Assembly (NCBI GenBank): GCA_003251015.1 | Contig: QKIO01000258.1 | Location: 1 to 49,315, forward strand | Direction of reading: 5' to 3' | Length of the DNA stretch: 49,315 nt | Source: Bacteroidales bacterium | GTDB taxonomy: Bacteria > Bacteroidota > Bacteroidia > Bacteroidales > Marinilabiliaceae | In this document: positions 47,821 to 49,315 of the stretch, one piece after another | Layout: the number at the start of each line of letters is the position of its first letter | Numbering within the stretch: position 1 is the stretch's first letter | Made by a program: the position numbers and the translations under genes | Notes under the pieces: generated by a model | The model's input: only the letters and a program-made list of their open reading frames with translations | Databases searched by the model: none | What the model was told of the DNA's origin: nothing

Positions 47821-48965
47821 TGAAGGCCAACATGAAACATCAAATCATCTTTTTTCTTCTTTTATTTGTACACTTATGCAAGGCCCAGATTTCAATGAAA
47901 GGGTATCTCACCGAAATGCCATCTGTTCTTTACAATAATGCAACAGAGGATGTTTGGATGGATAATTTGGTTCACAATCGTTTGAACTTTTCATGGATGC
48001 CTCATGAGAATATCGATGTTGCTTTAGAGTTAAGAAATAGGTACATGTGGGGCGAAACCATTAAGGCTTTTCCCGGATATGATAAGCTGATTGATCACGA
48101 TGCCGGGTGGGTTGACATGTCCTATAATTTGAGTAGTGGAGAAGATTATGTGCTTAATACTTTTGTTGATCGTTTTTCATTTCAGTACAGTAAAGGCAAG
48201 TTTCAGGCAAGAGTCGGCAGGCAACGGATCAATTGGGGAATGGGAATGGTCTGGAATCCTAATGATATTTTTAATTCCTATTCTTACTTTGATTTTGATT
48301 ATGTGGAGCGTCCCGGAGTAGACGGAGTTCGACTACAATACTATACCGGTTATAGCTCAGCACTGGAGTTTGCTTACAAAATCGATTATTTAGACAGGAT
48401 ATCCTCAGCAGTTAAATATCAATTTAATAAATGGGGCTATGATTACCAGTTTTTAGCAGCTTACTACAATGATGAAGATTGGGTACTTGGTGCAGGTTGG
48501 AGTGGCGATATTAAAGGTGCCGGTTTTTATGGTGAAGTCAGTTATTTTTATCCCAAAGATGAAAATGGTTATCCACAAAAAGCTTTAGTGGGAACCCTGG
48601 GTGCCAATTATACCTTTAAAAATTCCTTAATGCTCCAGTCTGAGATATTGTATAGTAGCAATATCAAAAATAGCTTTAATAGTCTCGCTGGTTTTTACTT
48701 ATTTGATGCCTCTGTTAAAAGATTAAGCATATCAGATTTTACCTGGTTCTCCTCTGTATCTTATCCATTTACGCCATTGTTTAATGCGAGTTTTTCGTAC
48801 ATGGGTTTTCCCGGTGTTAATGCACATTATGTTGGACCAACCATTGATTATTCACTTCACGATAATGTTTCATTATCGTTGGTTGGGCAATATTTTGCCG
48901 TGAAAGTAAATTCTGAACGACAAAATAATGTATCACTTTTCCTACGTCTTAAGTGGAATTTTTAA
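47820..48965 (+). CDS. putative outer-membrane beta-barrel protein (uncharacterised family)
   Basis: 381 aa. Its start overlaps the ATPase stop by 1 nt (TAATG). It has a signal peptide (FFLLLFVHLCKAQ), an aromatic-rich alternating pattern and a C-terminal LRLKWNF with a terminal Phe, as in OMP sorting signals. Confidence 0.5.
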   Translation: MKANMKHQIIFFLLLFVHLCKAQISMKGYLTEMPSVLYNNATEDVWMDNLVHNRLNFSWMPHENIDVALELRNRYMWGETIKAFPGYDKLIDHDAGWVDMSYNLSSGEDYVLNTFVDRFSFQYSKGKFQARVGRQRINWGMGMVWNPNDIFNSYSYFDFDYVERPGVDGVRLQYYTGYSSALEFAYKIDYLDRISSAVKYQFNKWGYDYQFLAAYYNDEDWVLGAGWSGDIKGAGFYGEVSYFYPKDENGYPQKALVGTLGANYTFKNSLMLQSEILYSSNIKNSFNSLAGFYLFDASVKRLSISDFTWFSSVSYPFTPLFNASFSYMGFPGVNAHYVGPTIDYSLHDNVSLSLVGQYFAVKVNSERQNNVSLFLRLKWNF

Positions 48966-49016
48966 ATTCTGTTGTCAATCTTGGGTAGTGTCAATAAATG
49001 ACAGATATTCAATTGT

Positions 49017-49050
49017 ATAGAAAGCGAACTTCGGGCGAGTCGCTTTCTAT
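49017..49050 (+). terminator. strong hairpin 52 nt after the barrel gene (terminator candidate without a U-tract)
   Basis: ATAGAAAGCGA-(12 nt)-TCGCTTTCTAT is an 11-bp perfect stem. The following sequence CGCTTGTGG is not T-rich. Confidence 0.4.
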
Positions 49051-49315
49051 CGCTTGTGGTGTACCTCAATGCTCAGAAAAAAATTATCTTTTAAAACAAC
49101 GTCAAAAAACATCAACACAGAGTTTTATAGTTTAGCTTAATATACTCTTTGCTTTAGCGCCCCTGCCTGCATTCATAGCCGTCAAGCTAAGAAATATATA
49201 GAGCATTAAGTCTTTGATTATGTGATAGTGCCCCCTTTTTAGAGTCTCGTTTTAATTTTGAAGTGGAGATATCTAACAATGTAGATAGCCACTCAGCTAT
49301 TTTAAGTTGAGATTT

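Overview
This is a low-G+C chromosomal segment that looks like Bacteroidota. The evidence is a T9SS C-terminal sorting domain, SSC-type lipoboxes, TAnnTTTG-like promoter boxes, purH-mreBCD-mrdA-rodA synteny and a PadR-PspC-PspC module; the taxon is inferred, not proven. I support about 40 CDSs and two identical tandem tRNA-Asn(GTT) genes. I see no rRNA, CRISPR array, transposase or integrase. Positions 1-35.9 kb are mostly housekeeping: YyaL, an Isf-like flavoprotein, Nudix, acylphosphatase, adenosine kinase, NDH-2, the cell-shape operon, PurH, an envelope-stress module, an MCP, Crp/Fnr, a porin and fused CcsBA. Embedded in that stretch are a membrane-anchored wHTH regulator divergent from a large glycoside hydrolase, and a striking array of 18 perfect 7-bp repeats. 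Positions 36.0-40.1 kb form an accessory, partly decayed patch. It holds an N-terminally truncated (orphan) RHS-core plus unassigned C-terminal toxin domain, overlapped by a lipoprotein immunity candidate. It also holds two copies of a double-hairpin element with compensatory changes, a tail-fibre-like surface gene split by a 1-nt frameshift, and a lipoprotein gene with a frameshift, an in-frame TAG and a 39-bp coding repeat. Positions 40.8-49.0 kb hold a GLUG-repeat T9SS cargo protein and a complete-looking envelope-spanning module (TetR, periplasmic LolA-like protein, two MacB/FtsX-type permeases, an ATPase and an outer-membrane barrel) of unknown substrate. The best candidates for something undescribed are the orphan RHS toxin/immunity pair and the LolA-like/MacB-type/barrel system. 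All calls come from reading the translated ORFs and the DNA by eye. No database search was run.
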